Source: Emcibacteraceae bacterium (GTDB taxonomy: Bacteria > Pseudomonadota > Alphaproteobacteria > Sphingomonadales > Emcibacteraceae). Taken from it: DNA of 64,000 bases. The notes beneath the pieces were generated by a model. That model was given only the letters and a program-made list of their open reading frames with translations, did no database searches and was not told the origin of the DNA. Below are positions 1 through 9,513 of this stretch, in pieces. Where the stretch lies: positions 10,326 through 74,325 of the forward strand of contig JAJFIR010000040.1 in assembly GCA_021774795.1 (NCBI GenBank). The letters run 5' to 3'. The position numbers and the translations under genes were made by a program. Within the stretch, counting starts at the first letter, position 1. Each line of letters opens with the position of its first letter.

Positions 1-463
1 GTTTTACCAGAGTTTCGAGTGTTAAATCGTTATCCACATAGCCGTTTACAATTAAACCATCTTGGCCATGTGATGTGTATGGGTCTAACGCGACGTCGCT
101 GATAATTCCAATGTCCGGTACTTGCGATTTTATAGCGCGCACTGTTTGGCAAACCAGATTTTCAGGGTTCAACCCTTCGTCACCATTTTCTGACTTTAAT
201 GCTTCAGGAGTTTGGGGAAATATTGCAATAGCTGGAATGCCCAATTCTTTGGCTTCGGCGGCCCGTTCAATTACCAAATCAATGGTTTGACGCTGCACCC
301 CTGGCATAGAGTTTACGTCCACCGCATGATTAGTTCCTTCCTGAACGAATAGAGGCCAGATGAGGTCTTTAACAGAAAGATTATTTTCCCGAACCAAATC
401 TCGTGACCAAGTACTTTTTCTGCTTCGTCTGGGACGACTGCTAGGAAAGGAACCTGTGTTCAT
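1..463 (-). CDS. hemB: Porphobilinogen synthase (delta-aminolevulinate dehydratase), N-terminal part; the gene runs off the window start
   Basis: Absent from the ORF track because it is truncated by the window edge. Hand translation of the reverse complement from ATG (463-461) gives MNTGSFPSSRPRRSRKSTWSRDLVRENNLSVKDLIWPLFVQEG..SMPGVQRQTIDLVIERAAEAKELGIPAIAIFP..DVALDPYTSHGQDG. This is the typical HemB N-terminal half, with the Asp-rich (non-zinc) DVALDPYT site. Confidence 0.9.
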   Translation of the reverse strand, partial: MNTGSFPSSRPRRSRKSTWSRDLVRENNLSVKDLIWPLFVQEGTNHAVDVNSMPGVQRQTIDLVIERAAEAKELGIPAIAIFPQTPEALKSENGDEGLNPENLVCQTVRAIKSQVPDIGIISDVALDPYTSHGQDGLIVNGYVDNDLTLETLVK

Positions 464-603
464 TTTGCACTCCAAAATATTTTTTTCAGCTTATTTCAAT
501 TTATTAATTATTTGTAAACAAATTTTTAACAGCTTGTTAGGTATGTTGTTATATAACGTATGTATATAAAGCAAAATATTTTTATCAATTATAGGAAATA
601 AGG

Positions 604-1122
604 ATGTCATTAACACATCACAGCAGCAACCTGATTGGTGGTCATGAAACGCAGGAATCTAGGACAAGACATAATTTCCTGGAATGCCTGAGGTTGATTG
701 AAAGGTTGCACAGAAGAATGCTGGATATTGTCAAACATCGTCTTGATTCTAAAGGGATGAGCGATATTAATTCAGTGCAGGCATTGCTCCTTTATAACAT
801 TGGGGATCACGAAATTACGGCTGGCGATTTAAGAAACCGGGGTTATTATCTTGGCTCAAACGTATCATATAATCTTAAAAAATTGGTTGAAGCCGGATAC
901 ATAAGACAAGAGCGTTCTGAGCATGACCGCAGAGCATTGCGAATCTGGTTGAGCGATAATGGAAAGTCTGTTTGTAATCTGGTCGGGGAACTTTTTGATG
1001 AAAATTTAGATTTAGTGAAAGATCAAAACCTTTTCACTGATCAAGGTGTCAATGAGCTTAGGGATCGTCTGCGTTCTCTTGAAAGTTTCTGGACAGATAT
1101 GCTTCGTTTTTCCGGCGAATAA
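604..1122 (+). CDS. MarR-family winged-helix transcriptional regulator
   Basis: 172-aa ORF with a MarR-type wHTH core (ITAGDLRNRGYYLGSNVSYNLKKLVEAGYIRQERSEHDRRALRIWLSDNG). Divergent from hemB and directly upstream of hemA. Confidence 0.75.
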   Translation: MSLTHHSSNLIGGHETQESRTRHNFLECLRLIERLHRRMLDIVKHRLDSKGMSDINSVQALLLYNIGDHEITAGDLRNRGYYLGSNVSYNLKKLVEAGYIRQERSEHDRRALRIWLSDNGKSVCNLVGELFDENLDLVKDQNLFTDQGVNELRDRLRSLESFWTDMLRFSGE

Positions 1123-1250
1123 ACATATATTCCACATTTCCCTTAGTTATTTGAGTTTTCAACGGGTTGATATTAAACTGGTCAAGAGTTTAAAAAGCAA
1201 AATTTTTTCTTCCTTTGTCAATTAAACTAATGTAGGACAAGGAATATTCA

Positions 1251-2489
1251 ATGATGTGGAATTTTGTAATGGATTATGATCGTATATTTTCGCAATCTCT
1301 GACGGATATCAGGGAAGAAGGCCGGTACCGTGTCTTTATGGATATCGAGCGCAAAAATGGCGATTTTCCAGCGGCCACCTGGCACATAGACGGTGAAGAA
1401 AAAGACATTGTTGTCTGGTGTAGTAATGACTATCTCGGTATGGGTCAGAACCCTAAGGTCATTAAAGCTATGGAAGAAGCACTCCATAAGGTTGGTGCCG
1501 GCTCTGGTGGGACCAGGAACATTAGCGGCACTCATCATTACCATGTTATGCTAGAAAATGAACTGGCTGACTTGCACGCAAAAGAAGCCGGACTTCTATT
1601 CACTTCCGGATATATTTCTAATGAGGCGTCCATTTCAACACTCGCGAAACTATTACCGGGATGCATCATTTATTCTGATGAATTAAATCACGCGTCGATG
1701 ATCAAAGGTGTGCTCGGTGGTAATTGCGGTAAAAGAATTTTCAGACATAATGATGTCGAACATCTTGAACAGCTTTTAAAAGAATCCGATCCTTCGGTAC
1801 CAAAGATTATTTTGTTTGAATCCGTCTATTCAATGGATGGTGATTTCGCTCCAATTGAGGAATTCTGCGATCTAGCGGTTCGCTATAACGCGCTAACATA
1901 TATGGATGAGGTCCATGCCGTTGGTATGTACGGCCCACGCGGTGGTGGGGTTGGGGAAAAGCGCGGACTTATGGACCGGGTTGATATCATTGAAGGTACG
2001 TTAGGAAAAGCTTTCGGATTAATGGGGGGATATATTGCGGCATCAAAAGATATAGTGGATTGCGTGCGAAGTTTCGCGTCCGGGTTTATTTTTACGACAT
2101 CACTATCACCTGTTATAACCGCAGGCGCTATTGCCAGTGTTCGTCATTTAAAAGAATCCAGTGTTGAACGTGAAATTCATCAGGAACGTGCAGCAACATT
2201 AAAGAAAAAAATGAAGCAAGCAAAATTGCCTGTTATGCCTTCTGACAGTCATATTGTACCGCTGCTGGTTGGTGACCCTGTCATATGTAAACAAGCGTCA
2301 GACACATTGCTCAATGATTACGGTATTTATGTTCAACCAATAAATTACCCTACTGTACCAAGAGGTACTGAAAGATTAAGATTTGCGCCAAACCCGCTAC
2401 ATACAAATGAAATGATTGAACAGTTGGTTGACGCGCTGGCAGAAGTTTGGCAAAAACTGGATATCGCTAAATATTCAAGCGCTGCATGA
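1251..2489 (+). CDS. hemA: 5-aminolevulinate synthase (C4 heme pathway)
   Basis: 412-aa PLP alpha-oxoamine synthase with ALAS-type motifs ([62 protein letters not shown]). The start could be 1251, 1254 or 1269. Confidence 0.92.
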   Translation: MMWNFVMDYDRIFSQSLTDIREEGRYRVFMDIERKNGDFPAATWHIDGEEKDIVVWCSNDYLGMGQNPKVIKAMEEALHKVGAGSGGTRNISGTHHYHVMLENELADLHAKEAGLLFTSGYISNEASISTLAKLLPGCIIYSDELNHASMIKGVLGGNCGKRIFRHNDVEHLEQLLKESDPSVPKIILFESVYSMDGDFAPIEEFCDLAVRYNALTYMDEVHAVGMYGPRGGGVGEKRGLMDRVDIIEGTLGKAFGLMGGYIAASKDIVDCVRSFASGFIFTTSLSPVITAGAIASVRHLKESSVEREIHQERAATLKKKMKQAKLPVMPSDSHIVPLLVGDPVICKQASDTLLNDYGIYVQPINYPTVPRGTERLRFAPNPLHTNEMIEQLVDALAEVWQKLDIAKYSSAA

Positions 2490-2532
2490 GTTTATAACTC
2501 ATAACATTACTGATATTTAAGAGGGAATAACC

Positions 2533-2715
2533 ATGAGTGAGAATGATTTTATCATTGAATTTATTACTCTTGGTAATTCAGTGAAAGTCACGGTTGTTGA
2601 GCCGAAGACAGGTAGAGAGGTTTCTACTGTTGGTCCTAAATCCGCGTCACGGGCGGAACTCACCAGAGTCGCTGTAAACAAGATGCATTATGTTCTTAAA
2701 AAAGAACAAAGATAG
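2533..2715 (+). CDS. Small hypothetical protein (60 aa) downstream of hemA
   Basis: ORF preceded by the purine-rich sequence gagggaa 6 nt upstream. The sequence is not low-complexity (IIEFITLGNSVKVTVVEPKTGREVSTVGP). I cannot assign a family with confidence. Confidence 0.55.
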   Translation: MSENDFIIEFITLGNSVKVTVVEPKTGREVSTVGPKSASRAELTRVAVNKMHYVLKKEQR

Positions 2716-2754
2716 ATGTGATTAAAACAAGCAAAGTTTTCATTTTAATATTGT

Positions 2755-3324
2755 TTAGCTGCGACCAAGTGCATTATTGATTAATACTTCGGCGGCTTGT
2801 TTTGCATGTGTCGCCACGCCGTCTGGTCCATGTAAATGGGCAATCACGATGGCTCCCTCTTTTAACAGCATTAGTTGGCGTGCTAATTGACCCGGATCAG
2901 GGACCCCTGCTTGCTCCGCCAAGCCAATAACATAAGTAAGTAAGAGCCGTTTATGTTTTGCAGAAGACATATGAATTGGATGATCAGAATTAGGATATTC
3001 TGATGACGCTCGAATAAACATACAGCTTAGGAAACCGTCTTCGTGAAACCATTCTCCAAGCACATCAAAAATGGCGGTTAGGCGTTCGACAGGGGAGCTT
3101 GCAAGTTCATCAATACGTCTTACAAACCAGTTTCTAAAATTCTCATCCCTTAGGTTCAGCACTTCAAGAATTAAATCTTCTTTTGTTCGAAAATGTTTAT
3201 ACATTGATGTTTTCGAAATGCCGGTTTCTTTGGCAAGCCTATCCATTCCCACTGCTTGAAAACCTCCCGTGTAGTAAGTTTCAAGAGCCTTCTCGATTAG
3301 AATCGTTTTTTTTGATGCGCTCAT
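2755..3324 (-). CDS. TetR/AcrR-family transcriptional regulator
   Basis: 189-aa ORF with an N-terminal TetR HTH (GFQAVGMDRLAKETGISKTSMYKHFRTKEDL). Divergent from the exported hydrolase gene. Confidence 0.85.
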   Translation of the reverse strand: MSASKKTILIEKALETYYTGGFQAVGMDRLAKETGISKTSMYKHFRTKEDLILEVLNLRDENFRNWFVRRIDELASSPVERLTAIFDVLGEWFHEDGFLSCMFIRASSEYPNSDHPIHMSSAKHKRLLLTYVIGLAEQAGVPDPGQLARQLMLLKEGAIVIAHLHGPDGVATHAKQAAEVLINNALGRS

Positions 3325-3432
3325 ATTAAACCTCTCAAAGAGTTACTATTCGGTAAACACCCTATCTCACATATTGAATAAAGTAAAGTAAGCTTAAAAT
3401 GTCAGTTGTCGTAGTTATTTTCAAATTAAACA

Positions 3433-3476
3433 TTGACAGATCGGTAAGTTATTGTTTAATTAGACAGTAACCGATC
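3433..3476 (+). promoter_or_regulatory. Candidate promoter/operator in the TetR-hydrolase divergent region
   Basis: TTGACA at 3433-3438 with a weak -10 (TTAATT) 17 nt downstream. A 7-bp inverted repeat GATCGGT (3439-3445) / ACCGATC (3470-3476) is present. TCGGTAA recurs at 3350-3356 and 3441-3447. Confidence 0.3.
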
Positions 3477-3515
3477 AGTACATGTTAAATTTAACCAAAA
3501 TAAAAGGAACATATT

Positions 3516-4499
3516 ATGATAAAGATACCACAATTATTCACAAAAAAAGCGTTAGGAGCAGTCTTACTAACCGCCAGTCTTTTAACCACGCCAACACAAT
3601 TTTCAATTGCGTCCGATGAATTAATACAAGAAGAAGCGGCAAACATTACCCTTCATAAAACAGTAAATGTTAATGGGCTTGATATTTTTTACAGAGAAGC
3701 AGGACCAAAGGACGCGCCTGCATTGTTATTGCTTCATGGTTTCCCGACATCATCCCGGATGTTTTCAGAGCTTATTGAAGAATTATCTGACGAATATAGA
3801 TTAATTGCACCGGATTATCCTGGCTTTGGTAATTCATCAATGCCATCTACCACCGAGTTCGACTACACGTTTGATAACTTAGCAAACACCATTGAAGGAT
3901 TCGTCAACGAAATTAATCTAAACTCATATACATTATATGTGATGGATTACGGTGCTCCTGTAGGGTTTAGGGTCGCAACAAAGAATCCGGAAAAGGTTGA
4001 AGGATTAATCATCCAAAATGGTAATGCTTACGCAGATGGATTGGAAGATTTCTGGACCCCGTTTAAAGCTTATTGGCAAAACCGATCAGAAGCGAATGCT
4101 GAACCTTTAAAAGCATTTTTAAATATTGATGCGACCAGATGGCAATATACACATGGTACACGTAACCCGGAAGCAATTGATCCGGATAACTGGGTTGTTG
4201 ACCAATATTTTCAAGACCGTCCCGGCAACAAAGATATTCAACTTAAGCTTTTTTATGATTATGGCTCTAACCCACCATTATACCCAATATGGCAAGAGTA
4301 TTTTCGCACATATCAACCAATAACATTAATTGTATGGGGCAAGAATGACTTTATTTTCCCGGCGTCTGGAGCATATCCGTATCAACAGGATTTAAAGAAT
4401 GTGGATTTCAATTTGCTCGATACTGGCCATTTCGCCCTTGCTGAAGATGGTGATTTGATCGCAAGCAAGATCAAAATATTTATGTCAAAACGTAAATAA
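3516..4499 (+). CDS. Exported alpha/beta-fold hydrolase (epoxide hydrolase / haloalkane dehalogenase-like, Asp nucleophile)
   Basis: 327 aa with an N-terminal signal-like segment (ALGAVLLTASLLTTPTQFSIA), the HGFP oxyanion motif (LLLLHGFPTSSRMF), and a nucleophile elbow VMDYGAPVG carrying Asp. Confidence 0.8.
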   Translation: MIKIPQLFTKKALGAVLLTASLLTTPTQFSIASDELIQEEAANITLHKTVNVNGLDIFYREAGPKDAPALLLLHGFPTSSRMFSELIEELSDEYRLIAPDYPGFGNSSMPSTTEFDYTFDNLANTIEGFVNEINLNSYTLYVMDYGAPVGFRVATKNPEKVEGLIIQNGNAYADGLEDFWTPFKAYWQNRSEANAEPLKAFLNIDATRWQYTHGTRNPEAIDPDNWVVDQYFQDRPGNKDIQLKLFYDYGSNPPLYPIWQEYFRTYQPITLIVWGKNDFIFPASGAYPYQQDLKNVDFNLLDTGHFALAEDGDLIASKIKIFMSKRK

Positions 4500-4507
4500 A
4501 ACCAACA

Positions 4508-4559
4508 AAGCCATGTTTGGTGCTGGCGAAGCTCCGCCAAGCATGGCTTACTAATTTTT
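4508..4559 (+). terminator. Rho-independent terminator after the hydrolase gene
   Basis: AAGCCATGTTTGG...CCAAGCATGGCTT forms a 13-bp stem (one G-U pair) with an inner TGGCG/CGCCA option. A TTTTT run follows at 4555-4559. Confidence 0.65.
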
Positions 4560-4578
4560 CTATTTAAAGGAATTAATT

Positions 4579-5166
4579 ATGGCGCATAAATATACTGAAT
4601 TAATGTTTACGGATAATATTAAAAATATCCAGGAACGCGAGGGGAGCCGTAAAAGTTATGCTCGTTTTGAAGAAGGTGAAGATTATCATCATCTAATTGG
4701 CCCCAAAGAAGCGGAATTTATTTCTGATAGAGATAGCTTTTATATGGCATCGGTAAGTGAAACCGGTTGGCCTTATGTGCAACACCGCGGCGGTCCAAAA
4801 GGTTTTATGAAAATAATTGACGAAGGCACTATTGGGTTTTCAGATTTTCGCGGCAACAAACAATATATCAGCCTGGGTAATTTTCAGAATGATAATCGCG
4901 TTTCATTGTTTTTTATGGATTACAAAAATAAAAGACGTTTGAAAATGAGTGGGCGCATTTCGGTGGTCGATGAAAATGAAAGTAGTATTATAGAAAAACT
5001 ATCTACGCCAGATTACCGCGGCCATGTTGAACGCGCTTTTATTATCACAATTGAAGGATTTGATTGGAACTGTCCTCAGCATATAGCACCAAGATATACT
5101 GAAGAGGATATTCAGCCGTTGTTTGACCGCATTTCAGAACTTGAAAATAGTGAGGCAAAAACATGA
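4579..5166 (+). CDS. Pyridoxamine 5'-phosphate oxidase-like FMN-binding split-barrel protein
   Basis: 195 aa. FYMASVSETGWPYVQHRGGPKGF and SLFFMDYKNKRRLKMSGR are typical of the PNPOx-related family. Confidence 0.7.
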   Translation: MAHKYTELMFTDNIKNIQEREGSRKSYARFEEGEDYHHLIGPKEAEFISDRDSFYMASVSETGWPYVQHRGGPKGFMKIIDEGTIGFSDFRGNKQYISLGNFQNDNRVSLFFMDYKNKRRLKMSGRISVVDENESSIIEKLSTPDYRGHVERAFIITIEGFDWNCPQHIAPRYTEEDIQPLFDRISELENSEAKT

Positions 5167-5672
5167 ATTCATTTTTATCAAAAATGCGCGAAGTAGGATC
5201 TTCTCCGCCGCGCGCGGCGTTAGACCAAATAATGTGGTCATGGGTTGGTAGCGCAACGGCAATTGGCGCAATTGCTTACGCAGCATATGTGACGCAATTA
5301 CCACTTTTATTTGCGCCGCTCGGTGCCAGTGCCGTGCTTGCTTTTGCCGTTTCAGGAAGTCCGCTTGCTCAACCGCGAAATATTATCGGCGGCCATTTAG
5401 TGTCGGCAATCGTTGGCTTAATATTTTTAAGCGTATTAGGAAACCTGTGGTGGGTGATGGCGTTCGCTGTAGCAACGGCTATTGCTGGCATGCTATTCAC
5501 GAAAACAGTTCATCCTCCCGCTGGCGCTAATCCACTAATTATTCTCGTAGCAAGTTCTGGATGGGATTTTGTTTTTCTAACGGTTCTCCCGGGAGCGGTA
5601 CTAATAACATTTTGTGCGGTTATATTTAATAATCTTGGCAAAAAGAATAATTATCCCCTTTACTGGTGGTAA
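5163..5672 (+). CDS. HPP-family integral membrane protein
   Basis: 169 aa with multiple hydrophobic helices and the family-defining HPP motif (KTVHPPAGANPLI). Its start overlaps the upstream stop (ATGA). Confidence 0.75.
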   Translation: MNSFLSKMREVGSSPPRAALDQIMWSWVGSATAIGAIAYAAYVTQLPLLFAPLGASAVLAFAVSGSPLAQPRNIIGGHLVSAIVGLIFLSVLGNLWWVMAFAVATAIAGMLFTKTVHPPAGANPLIILVASSGWDFVFLTVLPGAVLITFCAVIFNNLGKKNNYPLYWW

Positions 5673-5725
5673 TTGAACCGGGAATTATTACATAATAAGC
5701 ACTTAATAATAGATGGGTATTTAAT

Positions 5726-7159
5726 ATGGAAAAAAGAAAAGTAGATGTCGCAATTATCGGCACAGGAACATCGGGCATGGGGGCGTACCGCGAAGCTCGT
5801 AAAACAACAGACAGCATTGCTTTAATAGAACGTGGTCAATATGGCACCACATGCGCGCGGGTAGGATGTATGCCCAGTAAGCTTCTTATTGCAGCGGCGG
5901 AAGCAGCGCACAATGTTGAAAAAGCGCATAAATTTGGTGTTGAAGCAAAGATTACTAATATAGATGGTCGCGCGGTTATGAACCGTGTGAAGTCAGAACG
6001 TGACAGGTTTGTTGGCTTTGTCCTGGAATCTGTTGAGAGTTTTGATCCAAATCATAAAATTACAGGGTTTGCAAAATTCGTTGACAACAACACTCTGCAA
6101 ATTGATGATAGCCTGGTAATTGAAGCAAAATCTATTGTCATTGCTACCGGATCATCCCCCGCAATACCACCTATTTTTCAAGATGTTAAAGACCGTCTCA
6201 TCATAAATGATGATGTTTTTGAATGGGATGATTTGCCGGATGCCGTTGCTTTGTTTGGACCCGGGGTAATTGGGTTGGAGCTTGGTCAAGCACTGCACAG
6301 ATTAGGCGTAGATGTAAAAATATTTGGCCGTGGCGGATTTGTAGGCCCATTAAGTGATCCTGAAATACTTGAATATGCGACCAAAGCGTTCCAAGAAGAA
6401 TTTTACATCAATCCAGATGCAGATGTAACGTCAATAAAGCAGATAGGCGATAAAGTAGCGATCACTTACCGGGATTTTGACGGTACATGTGTCACTTCAA
6501 ATTTTGATTACGTATTGGCAACAACCGGGCGCACGCCAAATGTCAGAAATATCGGGTTGGAAAATACGTCACTTCCACTTGACAAACGCGGGGTTCCGGC
6601 TTTCAACCCGTTTACTACTCAAATTGGTAATCATCCGGTTTTTATTGCAGGCGATGCTAATAACGATAAACCTCTATTACATGAAGCCGCAGACGAAGGG
6701 CGAATTGCTGGTAAAAATGCAGGAAATTTTCCAAATGTGCGAGCCGGTAAAAGGTCTTCTTCGCTCGGTGTCGTTTTTTCCGACCCTCAACTGGCGACCG
6801 TGGGAAGCTCATACGTATCTTTAAAAGAAGGATGTTTCGCAACCGGAGAAGTTTCATTTGAAGGGCAGGGACGCAGCAGAACAATGTTCGTCAATAAAGG
6901 ATTGATGCATGTTTACGGTGAACAGGGAACTGGCTTGTTGCTTGGGGCAGAAATTTTTGGTCCCCGCGCCGAGCATCTGGCGCACCTTCTTGCTTGGTGT
7001 CATCAGCAAAAAATGACGATTTCTGAAATTCTGGAAATGCCTTTTTACCATCCTGTTATCGAAGAGGGCCTGCGAACCGCGTTGCGCGATTTAAATAGTA
7101 AACTGCATATTGGACCGGAACCGGTGAAAGGCTGTATTGATTGCGGGCCTGGTGCATAA
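5726..7159 (+). CDS. FAD-dependent pyridine nucleotide-disulfide oxidoreductase (dihydrolipoamide dehydrogenase family)
   Basis: 477 aa with an FAD GxGxxG motif (VAIIGTGTSGMGA), a redox-active CxxxxC (TCARVGCMPSK), a second Rossmann motif (LFGPGVIGLELG) and a C-terminal dimerisation region (HPVIEEGL). Confidence 0.8.
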   Translation: MEKRKVDVAIIGTGTSGMGAYREARKTTDSIALIERGQYGTTCARVGCMPSKLLIAAAEAAHNVEKAHKFGVEAKITNIDGRAVMNRVKSERDRFVGFVLESVESFDPNHKITGFAKFVDNNTLQIDDSLVIEAKSIVIATGSSPAIPPIFQDVKDRLIINDDVFEWDDLPDAVALFGPGVIGLELGQALHRLGVDVKIFGRGGFVGPLSDPEILEYATKAFQEEFYINPDADVTSIKQIGDKVAITYRDFDGTCVTSNFDYVLATTGRTPNVRNIGLENTSLPLDKRGVPAFNPFTTQIGNHPVFIAGDANNDKPLLHEAADEGRIAGKNAGNFPNVRAGKRSSSLGVVFSDPQLATVGSSYVSLKEGCFATGEVSFEGQGRSRTMFVNKGLMHVYGEQGTGLLLGAEIFGPRAEHLAHLLAWCHQQKMTISEILEMPFYHPVIEEGLRTALRDLNSKLHIGPEPVKGCIDCGPGA

Positions 7160-7235
7160 CTCAATAATTAGAAAATATTCGAAGTTTGGATGATATGGCT
7201 GCTTTTTTATTTCATCTAATTATCACTTATGTTAT

Positions 7236-7263
7236 GAAGCGGTTAATTCTATATAACCGCTTC
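7236..7263. other. Perfect 10-bp stem hairpin 22 nt upstream of rpiB
   Basis: GAAGCGGTTA (7236-7245), loop attctata, TAACCGCTTC (7254-7263). No U-tract on either strand. Confidence 0.6.
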
Positions 7264-7285
7264 AAGCAAAATGTGAGTATACTCG

Positions 7286-7720
7286 ATGTCTAACGAAGTT
7301 ATTGCTATAGCCAGTGATCATGGCGGTTTCGATTTAAAAGAACTCCTTAAAGCAGACTTGGAAGAAATGGGTTACGGCATTGTCGATCTTGGCTGCCATG
7401 ATAACTCTTCTGTAAACTATCCTGATTATGCCAATAAAATGGCGGCAGCGTTGCTGAACGATACGGCTAAACGCGGCGTTCTTATTTGTGGATCCGGCAT
7501 CGGTATAAGCATTGCTGCAAATCGTCATGCACATATACGCGCGGCTTTGGTTCATGACGGATTAACCGCGAAACTATCAAGAGAGCATAATGATGCTAAC
7601 GTGCTCGTTCTGGGTGGTCGAACAACGGGTATTGAAGTTGCGAAAGATTGTCTAAAAATATTTCTCGATACAAAATTTGAAGGCGGTCGCCATCAAACAC
7701 GTATCGACATAATGTCATAA
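7286..7720 (+). CDS. rpiB: Ribose-5-phosphate isomerase B
   Basis: 144 aa with IASDHGGFDLKE, VLICGSGIGISIAANR and NVLVLGGR, all typical of RpiB/LacAB. Confidence 0.92.
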   Translation: MSNEVIAIASDHGGFDLKELLKADLEEMGYGIVDLGCHDNSSVNYPDYANKMAAALLNDTAKRGVLICGSGIGISIAANRHAHIRAALVHDGLTAKLSREHNDANVLVLGGRTTGIEVAKDCLKIFLDTKFEGGRHQTRIDIMS

Positions 7721-7755
7721 TTTAATTTTTATTTTTTATTAAAGGCCATATTAGA

Positions 7756-9033
7756 ATGTCGTCGAATTTAGAAACTTTTTTTAATGCACCCTTGAGGGAA
7801 CAAGATCCAGAAATATCGCAGTCAATTAATCTGGAACTTGGTCGCCAGCAACTGCATATTGAACTTATTGCTTCGGAAAATATTGTAAGTCGTGCTGTGA
7901 TGGAAGCGCAGGGCAGTATTATGACCAATAAATATGCTGAAGGATATCCCGGCAGAAGATATTATGGTGGTTGTGAATTTGTCGATATTGCTGAAAGTCT
8001 TGCTATTGAACGTGCTAAAAAACTATTTAATTGTGAATTTGCCAATGTACAACCCCACTCAGGCGCGCAAGCCAATGGCGCGGTGATGTTGGCGTTGACG
8101 CAGCCGGGCGATACTATTCTTGGAATGTCATTAGATGCAGGAGGACATTTAACACACGGGGCACCGCCGGCGCAGTCTGGCAAATGGTTTAATGCTATCC
8201 AATATGGTGTGCGCGAAGACGATCATTTAATGGATCTTGACCAAATTATGAGCCTAGCCAAAGAACATAATCCAAAAATCATCATTGCGGGTGGATCAGC
8301 CTATCCGAGGGAAATTGATTTTAAAGCCATGCGGGAAATTGCAGATAGTGTTGGGGCTTACCTGCTTGTTGATATGGCACATTTTGCAGGGCTTGTCGCT
8401 GCGGGCGAACATCCCAGCCCACTTGAACATGCACATGTTGTGACCACAACAACACACAAAACGCTTCGTGGCCCACGTGGCGGTATGATTTTGACCAATG
8501 ATTTGGACCTGGGTAAGAAACTTAACAGCGCGGTCTTTCCGGGTCTACAAGGGGGCCCATTAATGCATGTGATTGCCGCAAAAGCCGTTGCATTTGGTGA
8601 AGCGTTAAGGCCGGAATTTAAGGAATATGCCAAGCAGGTAAAAGCAAATGCCCGCTCACTTGCCAAGCGATTAAGTGATGGTGGGTGTGATATAGTTTCC
8701 GGTGGAACTGATACTCATCTGATGTTGGTTGATCTTCGTCCAAAAAATTTAACGGGCCGTGATGCGGATAATTCGTTAGGTCGTGCGAATATAACATGTA
8801 ATAAAAATGGTGTTCCTTTTGATCCACAAAAAGCGATGATCACGTCCGGTATTCGTCTTGGAACACCCGCAGGTACGACGCGCGGTTTTGGTGTCGCGGA
8901 ATTTGAAGAAGTTGGCGATTATATACTGGAAATTCTTGACGGATTTGTGGAAAACCCGGAAGATAACAGTAAGACGGAAGCGAGCGTGCGTGAAAAAGTA
9001 ATAAGACTATGTGAAAGATTTCCGGTTTATTAA
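7756..9033 (+). CDS. glyA: Serine hydroxymethyltransferase
   Basis: 425 aa with [26 protein letters not shown] and the PLP-Lys motif [14 protein letters not shown]. Confidence 0.97.
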   Translation: MSSNLETFFNAPLREQDPEISQSINLELGRQQLHIELIASENIVSRAVMEAQGSIMTNKYAEGYPGRRYYGGCEFVDIAESLAIERAKKLFNCEFANVQPHSGAQANGAVMLALTQPGDTILGMSLDAGGHLTHGAPPAQSGKWFNAIQYGVREDDHLMDLDQIMSLAKEHNPKIIIAGGSAYPREIDFKAMREIADSVGAYLLVDMAHFAGLVAAGEHPSPLEHAHVVTTTTHKTLRGPRGGMILTNDLDLGKKLNSAVFPGLQGGPLMHVIAAKAVAFGEALRPEFKEYAKQVKANARSLAKRLSDGGCDIVSGGTDTHLMLVDLRPKNLTGRDADNSLGRANITCNKNGVPFDPQKAMITSGIRLGTPAGTTRGFGVAEFEEVGDYILEILDGFVENPEDNSKTEASVREKVIRLCERFPVY

Positions 9034-9051
9034 GACAAAAGGATAGTAAAT

Positions 9052-9513
9052 ATGCGGTGCCCATTTTGCGCAAATGAAGATACTCAGGTAAAGGACAGCC
9101 GCCCGACAGAGGATAATTCTGCGATTAGGCGTCGTCGTTCCTGCGGTGGATGTGGTGCGCGCTTTACGACATTTGAAAGAGTACAACTTCGCGAGTTAAC
9201 CGTTCTTAAGACATCAGGAAAGAAAGTTCCTTTTGAGAGAGAAAAATTGGAACGTTCGGTGCATATGGCCATCAGAAAACGGCCAGTGGAAGAAGACAAG
9301 GTCGAACGTATGATTAGCGGCATTGTTCGCCAACTAGAAAGCATGGGCGAAAGCGAAATTCCATCGGAAAATATTGGAAAACTGATTATGGAGGGGCTGG
9401 AGCAGCTAGACACAGTTGCCTACGTAAGATTTGCGTCTGTCTATAAGAACTTCCGTGAAGCCAGCGATTTCGAACATTTCGTCAGCGAGATAGCTGATCA
9501 TGAAGAAAGTTAG
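9052..9513 (+). CDS. nrdR: Transcriptional repressor NrdR
   Basis: 153 aa with a zinc ribbon (MRCPFC...[12 protein letters not shown]) followed by an ATP-cone. Confidence 0.95.
   Translation: MRCPFCANEDTQVKDSRPTEDNSAIRRRRSCGGCGARFTTFERVQLRELTVLKTSGKKVPFEREKLERSVHMAIRKRPVEEDKVERMISGIVRQLESMGESEIPSENIGKLIMEGLEQLDTVAYVRFASVYKNFREASDFEHFVSEIADHEES

Noticed and set aside
1248-1544. Antisense ORFs inside well-supported genes. Examples: 1248..1544(-) in hemA, 8358..8666(-) in glyA, 9084..9413(-) in nrdR, 11495..11923(-) in ribB, 30551..31048(-) in DUF2336-A, 35737..36024(+) in mfd, 54054..54329(-) in the EF-hand gene.
   Set aside because: Each lies entirely within a gene whose product has clear family motifs on the other strand. 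Their products are low-complexity or have biased composition with no recognisable motifs. They are shadow ORFs.
7721-7755. Riboswitch candidates: ZTP or glycine upstream of glyA, FMN upstream of the rib genes, TPP upstream of thiL.
   Set aside because: The relevant intergenic gaps are 0-35 nt, too short for any of these aptamers. The genes are packed as operons.
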